A stretch of DNA of 64,000 nt from a virus, in IMG/VR virus record IMGVR_UViG_3300045988_061744, positions 107,235-171,234 of that record; one strand, 5' to 3'. The position numbers were made by a program, and so were the translations under genes. The notes under the pieces are model-generated. The model was not told the origin of the DNA. It was given only the letters and a program-made list of their open reading frames with translations, and did no database searches. Shown piece after piece: positions 20,394 to 29,783 of this stretch; position 1 is the stretch's first letter, and each line of letters opens with the position of its first letter.

Positions 20394-20404
20394 GTGTAAC
20401 TGGA

Positions 20405-20956
20405 TTACTCCAGACTAATTAAACCCTTCTCTAACATAATATGGTGATTCGGACATAACCATACTAAATTATTCTCATTGTTAATCTCTTTAATAAGAGT
20501 GCCTTCGTCAAATTCTAATATTCCTTTAAGATGATGTACTTCAAGTATTGCATCAAATTCATGATTATGACAATATTGACATACTTTCTCACGTTCGGAA
20601 CTTTCTAATACTCTACGAGCATTAGTCCTTATTTCTTGACATTTAGATGATAAGTACTTCTGCCCAGATGTATAATAACCTAATGTTTTGTTACCAATTC
20701 CATTAAGTTCTTCCCAGCAACTACGACACATTTCTGAATCTTTATGCTTAGGTTTACCACATCTAGGACATATCTTGTTTTCATCGTGCTTTATCCTACC
20801 TCTATTATTGTAAGAAGCAGCACACGAATGACTACAAAACTGTTTCTTCCTCACATCTGCGACCCTCTGATTATCTAGTACTTCGATTACCTTACCACAT
20901 TCCTTACAGTGGTTAGGATTCTCATAATACAATTTAAGAGATTGTTCTCGATTCAC
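20405..20956 (-). mobile_element. HNH homing endonuclease with N-terminal Cys-rich zinc-ribbons
   Basis: C-terminal HNH motif EVHHLKGI...NLVWLCPNHH; lies directly beside a tRNA cluster. Confidence 0.6.
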
Positions 20957-21107
20957 AGATAAGTTTAATTAATTTTAATGACAGTGTGATATGCAAGCCA
21001 TTACACCACAGCCTCGATATTTAATCCCAGTACCATATTTCTCTGAGGATTTTTACTTGTTGTTTGATTTGTTCAGAAATTTTCTACATATTATTTACAG
21101 TGTTAGT

Positions 21108-21178
21108 TGGGAAGGGCAGAGTTGAACTGCCGTCTAGAAATTATCAGTTTCTTGTTCTAACCGTTAAACTACATCCCA
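21108..21178 (-). tRNA. tRNA-Ile(GAT)
   Basis: Anticodon arm AGAAA-CTGATAA-TTTCT; T arm GGCAGTTCAACTCTGCC. Confidence 0.55.
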
Positions 21179-21204
21179 ATCGGTTGAGCTATAGCCCTGT
21201 CATG

Positions 21205-21757
21205 TGGACCTAACGGGAGTCGAACCCGTGTCCAAACAACCCTTATTACAAGGATAACGTGCGTCTCATTTTTATTACATCAGCTAGTGAGTTCTAGCAT
21301 TTAGATAGTTTTACTAGATTTACTCTAAACTACACTATCGAGTTTTAGAAACTGGTTTACAAACCACCAAACTGGGCTGACCGAAGTCAACTCTCCACCA
21401 CCTACTTTTTAACGCTAAAATAGGAAAACGAGTGTTTGTGGTGAGTCAACCACGCAGGCACACATCCCTTCTGTTTAAAGACAACGGAGATTCAGTCTTA
21501 CTAACTCTTAGAGTGTTCTGATTAAAGATATACCACGGATTACCGTCCGCACGCCATTAGCGATATACCTAACCTCTTCTGTTTCTAGGTCTCTCCAGTA
21601 ACCCGACTTGATTAATAGTGTCTATTAATAAGCCAGCAGCTTAGGCTGCCATTCTTACAGGTGCAATTTCTGCAGTTATTTGTTTTTCGTCGTTTAAAGA
21701 GATTGCGCTCTACACGTCCTTATAATTTGTAATCGCCTGTCAAATCCAAGTAGGCCC
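21205..21757 (-). ncRNA. ssrA: tmRNA (ssrA)-like RNA
   Basis: The 3' end TTTGGACACGGGTTCGACTCCCGTTAGGTCCACA closely parallels the E. coli tmRNA 3' end, including the GGAC that precedes the T arm. The 5' end GGGCCTA pairs with TAGGTCC and gives a G3:U70 wobble (alanine identity). The 5' region CTTGGATTTGACAGG resembles ATTCTGGATTCGACGGG. There is a candidate tag ORF ...AACGACGAAAAACAA...GCAGCCTAA. No ORF of 60 aa or more across 20960-21870. Confidence 0.5.
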
Positions 21758-21873
21758 ATATAAATAAAATAATTACTAGGTTCGTGTCTTTTTCACTGAT
21801 TCCGTCACATTGAGACTACCAACGGTGTCCCTGGGCATTACTGTTTTCTTCAGCCAACTATGTAATTATTCTA

Positions 21874-22434
21874 TTAGAGTTTACACTGTTTAAGTATTTC
21901 TTTAGTTATTATTCCATCACTAGCAAGAGAATTTAATTTCTCTAAATCAAACTCACTAGGTTGGAATTTGAATTGAATCCAAGTTGGCTCGCTTGGTCTA
22001 TAATCTAACCAAGATTCGCAGTCATCAGTTCCAAGAACTTCTCGTACCATAGCTAAAATACGTTCTCCAGCAGCTTTAGTTTTTACGAATCCAGATAAAT
22101 CGTAACCAACACCTCTAGAACGCCAACATTCTCCTTCTTCTGGTCTAACGTCTTTAGGCTCCCAATGCCAAGGAGAAATACCTTTTCTAGGATGGCCTAT
22201 TCTTATAGCTTCTTCCTTTACCCATTCAGAGTTTGGGTCAGACGGATTCTCTGGATAAGCTCCATACAAGCACTTCATAGTAGGATTATCGCTCCTTACT
22301 TCAAAATGTATACCACAGTGCCTACAAGTACCAGAAGTTAAACCTCCTCCAGATACATAACTACCTTTAATGGCATCACAACCACAGTTGGGACAACCCC
22401 ATTTTAGGTATTCGTCATAAAGTATTGATAACAT
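21874..22434 (-). CDS. Cys-rich zinc-ribbon hypothetical protein
   Basis: CPNCGC...CRHCG motifs. Confidence 0.4.
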   Translation of the reverse strand: MLSILYDEYLKWGCPNCGCDAIKGSYVSGGGLTSGTCRHCGIHFEVRSDNPTMKCLYGAYPENPSDPNSEWVKEEAIRIGHPRKGISPWHWEPKDVRPEEGECWRSRGVGYDLSGFVKTKAAGERILAMVREVLGTDDCESWLDYRPSEPTWIQFKFQPSEFDLEKLNSLASDGIITKEILKQCKL

Positions 22435-22730
22435 TATTTATTGAGTTTAAATTCCACTTCTTTTAGAACAACATACATTTTACCATCCTCTTCCTGTTCA
22501 ACACAATTATTAGCTTGTAAAAAACTAATTATAAACTCCATAGGAATATGGTAACTATCAGTAACGAGCATACCACCATCAATATGATAGCGTTCTTTTC
22601 TTTCTAATCTAGTGGGATTACCGTTTATAGTAATCTCACCAGAATATTCATTATCCTTATCTGGTTTTATTCCTTTTATATAAATAGAACATCCAGAATC
22701 AGCTAGATAAACTTGTTGTATTACACTCAT
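22434..22730 (-). CDS. hypothetical protein
   Basis: 98-aa ORF. Confidence 0.35.
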   Translation of the reverse strand: MSVIQQVYLADSGCSIYIKGIKPDKDNEYSGEITINGNPTRLERKERYHIDGGMLVTDSYHIPMEFIISFLQANNCVEQEEDGKMYVVLKEVEFKLNK

Positions 22731-23152
22731 AACTTAGGAACATCAGAACGATTATCATGATAACCTTCGTCTCCAACGAGCTGAGCCAAGCATCCGTGCA
22801 TATACGGAACTAATTCCGGTCTTTCTCGATAAGTTCGGAATAAAAGCCAACTCATGCTCATAGAGTTTCCAGTATGTCCGTTATCAAAGAACTGAAGTTT
22901 GTCCTTAATAGCATCAACTAAGTCGTATAAGCTCTCATATTGCTTCAAGAAGTCTTGATACTGTTCATCACCGAAATCTTGGAAAAATTCCGAGAATGAA
23001 AGAGCCTGCTTTATACATAACATTTCATACTCAAACAAGTCATCCTCTTCGAAGGAATGGTCGGTTGCAGCTGAGAATAGACGATTAAATCGTTCGATTC
23101 TGTTTTGAAACTCTACAGGGAGAGTTTCTTTGGTAAGATTTTCGTAATTCAT
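22727..23152 (-). CDS. hypothetical protein
   Basis: 141-aa ORF. Confidence 0.4.
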   Translation of the reverse strand: MNYENLTKETLPVEFQNRIERFNRLFSAATDHSFEEDDLFEYEMLCIKQALSFSEFFQDFGDEQYQDFLKQYESLYDLVDAIKDKLQFFDNGHTGNSMSMSWLLFRTYRERPELVPYMHGCLAQLVGDEGYHDNRSDVPKL

Positions 23153-23185
23153 AATCTAAAAATTAAGTATCTAATTAATTACTAG

Positions 23186-23258
23186 TAGCGGGAGAGGGAC
23201 TCGAACCCTCGACCTTCAGGTTATGAGCCTGACTAGCTACCTCTGCTAACACCCCGCG
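23186..23258 (-). tRNA. tRNA-Met/Ile2-type (anticodon CAT)
   Basis: Anticodon arm TCAGG-CTCATAA-CCTGA; T arm GAGGGTTCGAGTCCCTC. 1:72 is mismatched (C:T). Confidence 0.5.
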
Positions 23259-23261
23259 ATA

Positions 23262-23447
23262 TTACAAATGTTTTTTAAATATTTCACAATGATTGTATTC
23301 ACCTCCCCAACGTATGGGATATTCTTCCTCCTTGGCTTTCTTATAGCCTTCGGCTTCCTTTTTATCCAGAAATATCTGACACTCAGTTTTATAGTTCTGA
23401 GGTGCATTAGCTGGATGATAATTTACTACGACTACGTATACTTTCAT
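23262..23447 (-). CDS. hypothetical small protein
   Basis: 61-aa ORF between tRNAs. Confidence 0.3.
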   Translation of the reverse strand: MKVYVVVVNYHPANAPQNYKTECQIFLDKKEAEGYKKAKEEEYPIRWGGEYNHCEIFKKHL

Positions 23448-23467
23448 AATTTTTTAAATAAAGTTTG

Positions 23468-23540
23468 TGGACACGCAGGGACTCGAACCCTATCTTCCGG
23501 TGTGCAAAACCAGCGCTCTAGCCATTTGAGCTAACGGCCC
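23468..23540 (-). tRNA. tRNA-Ala(TGC)-like (acceptor stem pairs imperfectly)
   Basis: D arm GCTCAAATGGCTAGAGC, anticodon arm CTGGT-TTTGCAC-ACCGG, T arm AGGGTTCGAGTCCCT. Only 4 bp of the acceptor stem pair, though G3:U70 is present. Confidence 0.4.
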
Positions 23541-23792
23541 ATTTTTGGGATTTTCTTTTTAATTGGTGACATACCCATAAATTTCCACTGTTAAGATTCC
23601 ATAACTTAACAACACCAGATAAGTTTTTTTGTTTGAATCATGTTCTAGTAGCATAAGTCCGCAACCATGCTACTCTCTCAGTTCATCGACTATCGGTTCT
23701 CGTGTCAGAAAAGGTCTTTATGATTTCGCAGGGACTGGCTTCAACTTAAACCCCGAATGGATTTTTACCTTGCCAGGTCAGGATTTTAATAG

Positions 23793-23864
23793 CTGGGGCA
23801 CATGGACTCGAACCATGATTCTTTGATTAACAGTCAAAAGTTCTGACCTTTGAACTATACCCCA
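23793..23864 (-). tRNA. tRNA-Asn(GTT)
   Basis: Acceptor TGGGGTA/TGCCCCA, loop CTGTTAA. Confidence 0.55.
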
Positions 23865-24107
23865 ATAGTTAATTTTCTCCATAGGTGTAGATAAGTACCC
23901 CTTTGGTACTTACCTTTTAGTAGTATCTTTACTCTAGACCTCTGTAGGGAGGTGGAATAGTTCCAGAAACTAACCATGTATAGCTCTTAGAACTCTGTTC
24001 AAAATACCACTTAGCAGCTTTCTTCACAACATTAATTACTTTCTTCATAACATCAAAGTTTAAAATTGTTAATAATTAATCTAATTCAGAGCCACAAAAG
24101 GAGTTTC

Positions 24108-24187
24108 GTTGCGGAGGTAGGATTCGAACCGTTTATGACGATTTCTAGGTTATGAGCCTAGCGAGATGACCACTTCTCTACTCCACG
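24108..24187 (-). tRNA. tRNA-like, anticodon CAT, aberrant T stem (possible pseudo-tRNA or initiator-like C1:A72)
   Basis: Good D arm (GAGAAGTGGTCATCTC) and anticodon arm (CTAGG-CTCATAA-CCTAG). The T stem flanking TTCGAAT does not pair canonically. Confidence 0.3.
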
Positions 24188-24324
24188 ATATTGGTAGCCA
24201 CTTTACATCCGCTACCCAGGGATGCCTCTATCACCAGTGAGGCACGGACTATTCTAACCGTATAGCACGACTGGTTGGTAACGTCTCCAGACACGGCATT
24301 TAGACTGAAAATGTCGAAACAGTG

Positions 24325-24398
24325 ACTCGGTGGTCAGATTCGAACTGACGAACTAAGGATTTGCAGTCCTAGCCATTAAACCACTCTGGTACACCGAG
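24325..24398 (-). tRNA. tRNA-Cys(GCA)
   Basis: Acceptor CTCGGTG/CACCGAG, loop CTGCAAA, T arm GTCAGTTCGAATCTGAC. Confidence 0.55.
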
Positions 24399-24403
24399 AT
24401 TTG

Positions 24404-24485
24404 TTCCGATTAAAGGATTTGAACCCCTGACCTCCCACCAATGCCTTATAGTTGTGGGTGCTCTAACCAACTGAGCTAAATCGGA
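24404..24485 (-). tRNA. tRNA-like with an expanded 15-nt anticodon loop (AACTATAAGGCATTG)
   Basis: Perfect 7-bp acceptor TCCGATT/AATCGGA, canonical D arm GCTCAGTTGGTTAGAGC and T arm, but the anticodon stem CCCAC/GTGGG encloses 15 nt. Confidence 0.35.
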
Positions 24486-24491
24486 ATACTG

Positions 24492-24563
24492 AGTAGGTAA
24501 TGAGAATCGAACTCACATCCTCGGCATGGCAAGCCGATGCACTAACCATTGTGCTATACCTAC
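24492..24563 (-). tRNA. tRNA-Gly(GCC)
   Basis: Acceptor GTAGGTA/TACCTAC, loop TTGCCAT. Confidence 0.55.
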
Positions 24564-24568
24564 AAATG

Positions 24569-24643
24569 TGCAGATAGAGAGACTCGAACTCTCCCCTTCA
24601 GATTGGAAGTCTGACGTGCTCAAACCATTAACACCACATCTGC
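24569..24643 (-). tRNA. tRNA-Gly(TCC)
   Basis: Acceptor GCAGATG/TATCTGC, loop CTTCCAA. Confidence 0.5.
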
Positions 24644-24680
24644 ATAAGGAGAGTTATACGATACTCTCCTAAATGCTATC

Positions 24681-25022
24681 TTAAGATAGTAATTCCTGTG
24701 CCTCAATCTCTCCGATTATTTTAGTAACCGCAATCTTGAACGGATTTCCCTTAGTTTTGTCAAACAGATGTACATCACGTACCTCATCAACCTTGTCAGG
24801 AACATTCACCTTTCTTTTCCCTCTCTCTATGGTCTTCCAAGTGATGACTTCGCACCGTTTCACGTCATAAACGCTATCGTTGCGGTCCACATAGACCTTG
24901 AAGAAGTTCTTCTTATGCTTCACAATCTCAACTCTTTTAAAGTTTTTGATGTTAGCATGAAATTTCAAATCGCACTTTCCATTAGGTAAGAAAATCAATT
25001 CTGCCATAATGATACTCCGCAT
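24681..25022 (-). CDS. hypothetical protein
   Basis: 113-aa ORF. Confidence 0.4.
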   Translation of the reverse strand: MRSIIMAELIFLPNGKCDLKFHANIKNFKRVEIVKHKKNFFKVYVDRNDSVYDVKRCEVITWKTIERGKRKVNVPDKVDEVRDVHLFDKTKGNPFKIAVTKIIGEIEAQELLS

Positions 25023-25143
25023 AGTCGGAGATTCAAAGTTAAACTATGTTAATTCCAGTCTTTCGTCTGGCACTCCACCTCGTTTTAACCAATAGCTACT
25101 GTTCTTCACTACTTGAGCTAAGCTCTAAACTGGGATAAAGGTA

Positions 25144-25527
25144 TTATTCTATATAAATAAATGGTTTTCCAAATTCTTGCCTGAAAGACTCAAACCAGCC
25201 TTCCATTTCCTCATCACTATCAAAATAGATAGACTCATCATGTCTCTCAGAGAACTCTAGAATAATATGCGGCTTCTGGTATACTATTCCATCCTTGTAG
25301 AAGGACGTTCTCTTACTAATCGATTCGAGCATCCCTTTCTCAGAGTAAGTCCCAAAGCATGGGTCTAGAAGATACCAATAATCAATATGCCTTTTCCAGA
25401 ATAAAAATTTGGTATCCGCTATTCTATGCTTCCATTCTGGATGTTTTCTAGTTTTAAAAACTAGTATCCTCTTTATTAAATTTCCATTAATATATTTATC
25501 CATAATTAATCCCAATATTCTGGACAA
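25144..25527 (-). CDS. hypothetical protein
   Basis: 127-aa ORF. Confidence 0.4.
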   Translation of the reverse strand: MSRILGLIMDKYINGNLIKRILVFKTRKHPEWKHRIADTKFLFWKRHIDYWYLLDPCFGTYSEKGMLESISKRTSFYKDGIVYQKPHIILEFSERHDESIYFDSDEEMEGWFESFRQEFGKPFIYIE

Positions 25528-25922
25528 TCATCTGTCGTTAATAATCCTTTCTCGCATAGACCTCCATCATAGAATATACATGATGAGCATGAAAGATTGT
25601 CCCTGGACTCATATTCCTGAATACCTTCCTGGATATCTTTCTTAGCCTTATATCTATCTTTTCTATTCTCTTTCTTATATTCGTACTGCATCATCTTACT
25701 TCTGTAGGGAGAAGTGCAATTCTTAAGCATTTTGGCATACTTGGAATCATTAAGAAAATCCGTAATTGATTCACAAACTCTAACCGAACCGAAAGTAAAT
25801 CGTGTTCTATAATCCTTAATTCCTTTTATTGGAACATAAAATTCCTTATAAGAATTGTAGATTTTTTTAGCTCTAGAAATCCACTTTCTTTTAGAAAGCT
25901 CTCTTCTTAATTTTCTGTCCAT
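25506..25922 (-). CDS. hypothetical Cys-rich protein (start trimmed to the internal Met to avoid the tRNA overlap)
   Basis: Track ORF 25506..26153 runs through a tRNA; the likely start is MDRKLRRELSK near 25922. Confidence 0.35.
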   Translation of the reverse strand: MDRKLRRELSKRKWISRAKKIYNSYKEFYVPIKGIKDYRTRFTFGSVRVCESITDFLNDSKYAKMLKNCTSPYRSKMMQYEYKKENRKDRYKAKKDIQEGIQEYESRDNLSCSSCIFYDGGLCEKGLLTTDDCPEYWD

Positions 25923-25942
25923 AGGCAAATAAATTGGTGTAG

Positions 25943-26016
25943 AATCTGGAGTGGGATTCGAACCCACGAAACACGGTTTTGCGGACCGTTCCCTTAGACC
26001 ACTCAGGCATCCAGAC
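25943..26016 (-). tRNA. tRNA, anticodon loop CCGCAAA (GCA, Cys-like, with C33)
   Basis: Acceptor GTCTGGA/TCCAGAT and T arm GTGGGTTCGAATCCCAC. The anticodon stem ACGGT/ACCGT has C at position 33. Confidence 0.35.
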
Positions 26017-26043
26017 ATAAAGGGGAGACTAGCTCCCCAGTTT

Positions 26044-27228
26044 TTAAAGTACCAAAGAATCGTATCTTCCTGTACGATACAGAGATGGTTTACTGTTAGG
26101 ATCTTTAATCCACCAGTAGTTAATTTCGCCACCGTCCTTAGTAACAATAACATTCAACTTCTTGTCAATAGCGATAATCTCGTCATTGTAGAAGTCGTCT
26201 CCTACCTTAAGATTGCTGAACTTGGTAGAAGAATAGATAAAGTTATACGACAGGCTGTGGAAGTTATGACGACGATACTCATAGTATTCGTTGAGGGCTT
26301 TTCTTTCCTCTATAGTACAGTTATCCTCGTCATCAACAATAGGCTTAGGTATAGGATTATTAAATCTCTCAACAGCCTTGGAGAAGTTTTCAATAGAGAA
26401 CTTATTCTTGTCTTGTTCAATTTCTCCAGTGTAAGCGTAACCTCTGATACAAGAATACTCATACTCATTAGTTACTACGTTGAAGAAACTCTTAGCCTTT
26501 TTCAAACCTTCAATTCCATGAATGTTAACTTCATTAACTATAGTTTTGAGAATATCAATAGTTGATATAGTCAAAGAATCAATGAAGTCAAGTAAATCTT
26601 GACGTGCTTCTGGAACCTCCAGGGCATCGTCTAGATATTCGTTTACAACCTTCAAATCAAGATTTTCAAACTTCTTGACGTAGCGGATTCTAGACGGACG
26701 TCCTACCATATTCTCGTTGATAGACATTGCATTGGTAGTCAACAAGAATACCTTACGATACTTAGAGTTATAAACTCCATCCATAATTTGGAGGATTGTA
26801 GAATCCGACTCGCTGAAGTTCTTTTCAAACTCGTCTAGGAAGAGAACACAGTCTCCCTCAATGCCAGAGAGAAACTCAATCATAGATTGATTATGGTCTC
26901 CCATATCCTTTACTATAATAACAGGAAGGTTCAATTTGTTAGCTAATTCTTTAGCTGTGACAGTCTTTCCAGTACCTTTTGTACCAGTAAGCATGATTCC
27001 CAAGTTTCCTTCTGTGTTACTATAAGTTTTGATTACATGGTCTATGAAATCTTCCTGCAGTCCATACATCTTGTACGGAAACACGAACTTGTCTGCATAC
27101 TTATCCAGGTGATAACCTGTCATTGTCAGACTAATACTGTAAATACCAACCGGAAGAGATTCCGAAACCTTGTAACCTGAGCCTACTTGGGTGTATGTAG
27201 ACCCGGAACACATCCAAACTTTGTTCAT
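26044..27228 (-). CDS. AAA+ ATPase
   Basis: Walker A GTKGTGKT, Walker B VLFLDEF. Confidence 0.6.
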   Translation of the reverse strand: MNKVWMCSGSTYTQVGSGYKVSESLPVGIYSISLTMTGYHLDKYADKFVFPYKMYGLQEDFIDHVIKTYSNTEGNLGIMLTGTKGTGKTVTAKELANKLNLPVIIVKDMGDHNQSMIEFLSGIEGDCVLFLDEFEKNFSESDSTILQIMDGVYNSKYRKVFLLTTNAMSINENMVGRPSRIRYVKKFENLDLKVVNEYLDDALEVPEARQDLLDFIDSLTISTIDILKTIVNEVNIHGIEGLKKAKSFFNVVTNEYEYSCIRGYAYTGEIEQDKNKFSIENFSKAVERFNNPIPKPIVDDEDNCTIEERKALNEYYEYRRHNFHSLSYNFIYSSTKFSNLKVGDDFYNDEIIAIDKKLNVIVTKDGGEINYWWIKDPNSKPSLYRTGRYDSLVL

Positions 27229-27282
27229 TTCTTTATTTTTAATTGTTATTTAATATGAATGTCTGAAACATTCAGTTAATTA

Positions 27283-27438
27283 AAGTTCTCCACTGTCTTT
27301 GATAAGTTCTTTAGCCTTATCCATTCCAGCTTCATAAGCCTCCACAACATACTGTATAGCAGTTTTTGAATCAATTTGATTCATGGAATTGCTATTGTCT
27401 ACCAATTCTTGAATAATTTCACTTAACTCTTTCATAAT
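27283..27438 (-). CDS. small hypothetical protein
   Basis: Manual 51-aa ORF MKELSEIIQELV... Confidence 0.25.
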
Positions 27439-27588
27439 CTATAATTGAATAAAAAATCTTACATATTAACTGGGTTCTGGTAAATATTCCCACTTATATT
27501 TATATGCGGTAACACTCTTGTGCTTACAGCATTGAGTTATTTTACTACTAGCTTGCTCGGAATTAGTAGCCTTACATACTCCAATATC

Positions 27589-28110
27589 CTATAAATGTCT
27601 TATAGCGTCCTGGGCAGAGAAAAACGTCTGTATATAGTTTCCAGCCAAATCATATTGTGCTATCAATTTACAGTTAGATTTGCGCAACTTACAATTATGC
27701 GACTTTAATACTTTATATATAGTACTTTTACAGCATCCTATCTTGCGTTCAATCTGGTCACTAGTATATCCTAAATTAGCTAACTGAATAATTTCTTTAT
27801 AATCATAGAGAATAGTGCCATCTCCTCCTTTAGAGGCATTGTACCCATTAGAACCATAAGTTCCTAGCTCTTTTATCCAATAGATTTCTCTTTCAGATAG
27901 AAGATTCTCATCTTTAACTTGTTCTAATTCCTCTATTATAAAGTTTTCAATACCATACTTATTCATAGCATCGTATAAAGGACGCCTCCCACATCTTTCT
28001 TTCTGAGAATCTTTACAGTGCTCTTGAAACCGCTCCTAAATGGACTATGTAGTCTTTCCTACATAGCGTTTGTTATTAATTAAATTTGTAATACAATAAA
28101 TATAACTCAT
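27589..28110 (-). mobile_element. GIY-YIG homing endonuclease; amber-recoded (2 in-frame TAG in the catalytic domain)
   Basis: With TAG read as Gln the ORF extends to an ATG at 28108-28110: MSYIYCITNLINNKRYVGKTTQSIQERFQEHCKDSQKE...EREIYWIKELGTYGSNGYNAS. This aligns motif for motif with I-TevI (GIY...YVG...R..H...E..W...GYN). Confidence 0.6.
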
Positions 28111-28189
28111 AATTTTATTAGTTTATTAATATTTGTAGTAATTTGCGTTACCCAGAACTAACCACGTGGAGGTTTACTACTTTAGTTCC

Positions 28190-28271
28190 TAGGGTAGGAG
28201 GGACTCGAACCCTCACGCCTTGCGGCACATGGGCCTAAACCATGCCTGTCTACCAATTCCAGCACTACCCC
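28190..28271 (-). tRNA. tRNA-Leu(TAG), class II
   Basis: Acceptor GGGGTAG/CTACCCT, loop TTTAGGC, long variable arm. Confidence 0.5.
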
Positions 28272-28280
28272 TTGCTCTAG

Positions 28281-28718
28281 TTAATTGTTATTATAATTGT
28301 GAAGTTGCATATGACAGTTAGAGCAAACTATCATTAGATTATCCAACTTATTATTATAATGGTTATTATCCTTGTGATGTAATTCTAAAGGAATTTTCAT
28401 TCCCATCCACTCTGATAATCCACAACGCTCACACTTATCTTCTTTATATCCATCCTCTATTAATCTTATCCTCTTTCTAGAATTAGAAACATTAGGATTT
28501 TCTATCAGGTCTAAAGCATCTTTCCTCTTTGGGTCTAGTCTTTTTCCCTTAGAACCTTGATTCCCCTTATACTCTATTCCCATCTTAATATAATAGGATT
28601 TTAAAGTATCAACCTTGCAATTTAGTCTTCTAGCTATTTCAGCATTAGACTCATTTTCTGAAATCCATTGTCGGATTTCCTATTCTCTTTCTAAAATGTC
28701 GATTCTTGCCTTTGCCAT
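28281..28718 (-). mobile_element. HNH endonuclease with N-terminal HTH-like extension; amber-recoded (1 in-frame TAG)
   Basis: HNH motif LELHHKD...MIVCSNCH. With TAG read as Gln the ORF extends to MAKARIDILEREQEIRQWISENESNAEIARRL..., an HTH-like domain. Confidence 0.5.
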
Positions 28719-28753
28719 ATTAAATACTATAAATTCCGCCACTACCCCAACTG

Positions 28754-29215
28754 TTAGGTTGCTTTTATTTCTTTAGCAACCTTAACCATTTCGTTATATT
28801 TCTCTACTACCTTATTAAAGTCTTCTTCAGATATTTGAAAAACTTTGTGAGAGTTTCCATACCACTCTTCTTGACCAGGAAGCCACATTATATTAATATA
28901 CCTCTTCTTTTCTAATTCCATATGTACCTTAGATGAATCAATATAAACTGAATAGGCATCCTCTTCGATTCTACTACTTCGTGGATCTGTTGGGTCGGAT
29001 GTAAGTCTGAAATACATTGTTGACATGCCATTAAAGTCTATCTTGAAACACTTTCCTATATAGCTTTTAAGTAGTGCTTTATGTCTATTGTCGCTGTCTA
29101 CCTTCTCTTGGTGTCTCTTCCGTTCTTCTTCCTTAACATATTCATTATACTCTCTTAGAGAGCTATCTGGATACTTGTCCAGATATTCTTCTATAGGACT
29201 CTTTCTTCCCCACAT
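28754..29215 (-). CDS. hypothetical protein
   Basis: 153-aa ORF. Confidence 0.4.
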   Translation of the reverse strand: MWGRKSPIEEYLDKYPDSSLREYNEYVKEEERKRHQEKVDSDNRHKALLKSYIGKCFKIDFNGMSTMYFRLTSDPTDPRSSRIEEDAYSVYIDSSKVHMELEKKRYINIMWLPGQEEWYGNSHKVFQISEEDFNKVVEKYNEMVKVAKEIKAT

Positions 29216-29216
29216 A

Positions 29217-29633
29217 TTATACTACTTTAAGATGGCAATAAATACTAAATTCTGGAATTGGAATCCAAGTTGCAATACCATTGCTATCTACTGGTTTACC
29301 CTTGTTGATTGTACAAATAGTGATATGAGGTTTAGCATTTGCACAAGGCAGATATTGGTCTCCCAATTCTACTCCAAAAGCTATTGCTTTCTCAGAAATC
29401 CCTATTTTGTTTACAATTAATCGAAAATTACCATCTATACGATATTGTAGGTCATTAGCCATCTTTTCTTCATGTTGATTTTTATGGAGAAGAGTGCAAT
29501 GATCTAAATAAATAGTACTTCCTCTTTGGAACACCAGATTGCAAATGATGGGATTTCCAATGATAACTTGCATAAGTTTGTTTCTAGTTGGTTCATCTAA
29601 GAACAATCCAAAATACTGATAATTCATACTCAA
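29217..29633 (-). CDS. 2H phosphoesterase (LigT-like 2'-5' RNA ligase/cyclic phosphodiesterase family)
   Basis: Two H-x-T/S-x motifs (HCTLLH and HITICT) spaced as in the 2H superfamily. Confidence 0.5.
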   Translation of the reverse strand: MSMNYQYFGLFLDEPTRNKLMQVIIGNPIICNLVFQRGSTIYLDHCTLLHKNQHEEKMANDLQYRIDGNFRLIVNKIGISEKAIAFGVELGDQYLPCANAKPHITICTINKGKPVDSNGIATWIPIPEFSIYCHLKVV

Positions 29634-29648
29634 AAATTTAAATATTTG

Positions 29649-29721
29649 TTGGGGGTGCCAGATTCGAACTGACGACCTCTGGGCTATGCACCCAGCGAGC
29701 TGACCACTGCTCTAACTCCCA
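29649..29721 (-). tRNA. tRNA with anticodon CAT (loop TGCATAG, G33 unusual)
   Basis: T arm GTCAGTTCGAATCTGGC, anticodon stem CTGGG/CCCAG. Confidence 0.4.
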
Positions 29722-29783
29722 TAGATTAATACATTGTCCTAGGCTGCACCAATCTATACTATCTATCTTCCGATAAACAGATG

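Noticed and set aside
20262-20400. Possible phage attP (a tRNA 3' fragment duplicated next to a tRNA)
   Set aside because: No integrase or recombinase nearby; the adjacent gene is an HNH endonuclease. More likely a local tRNA duplication remnant.
23540-23790. 250-bp spacer between tRNAs, examined as possible RNase P RNA or other ncRNA
   Set aside because: No conserved RNase P (GGAAAGTCCGG / AGGGTGAAA) or other recognisable motifs; left unannotated.
25951-26565. Plus-strand 204-aa ORF
   Set aside because: Antisense to the AAA ATPase gene and starts inside a tRNA. Low-complexity translation.
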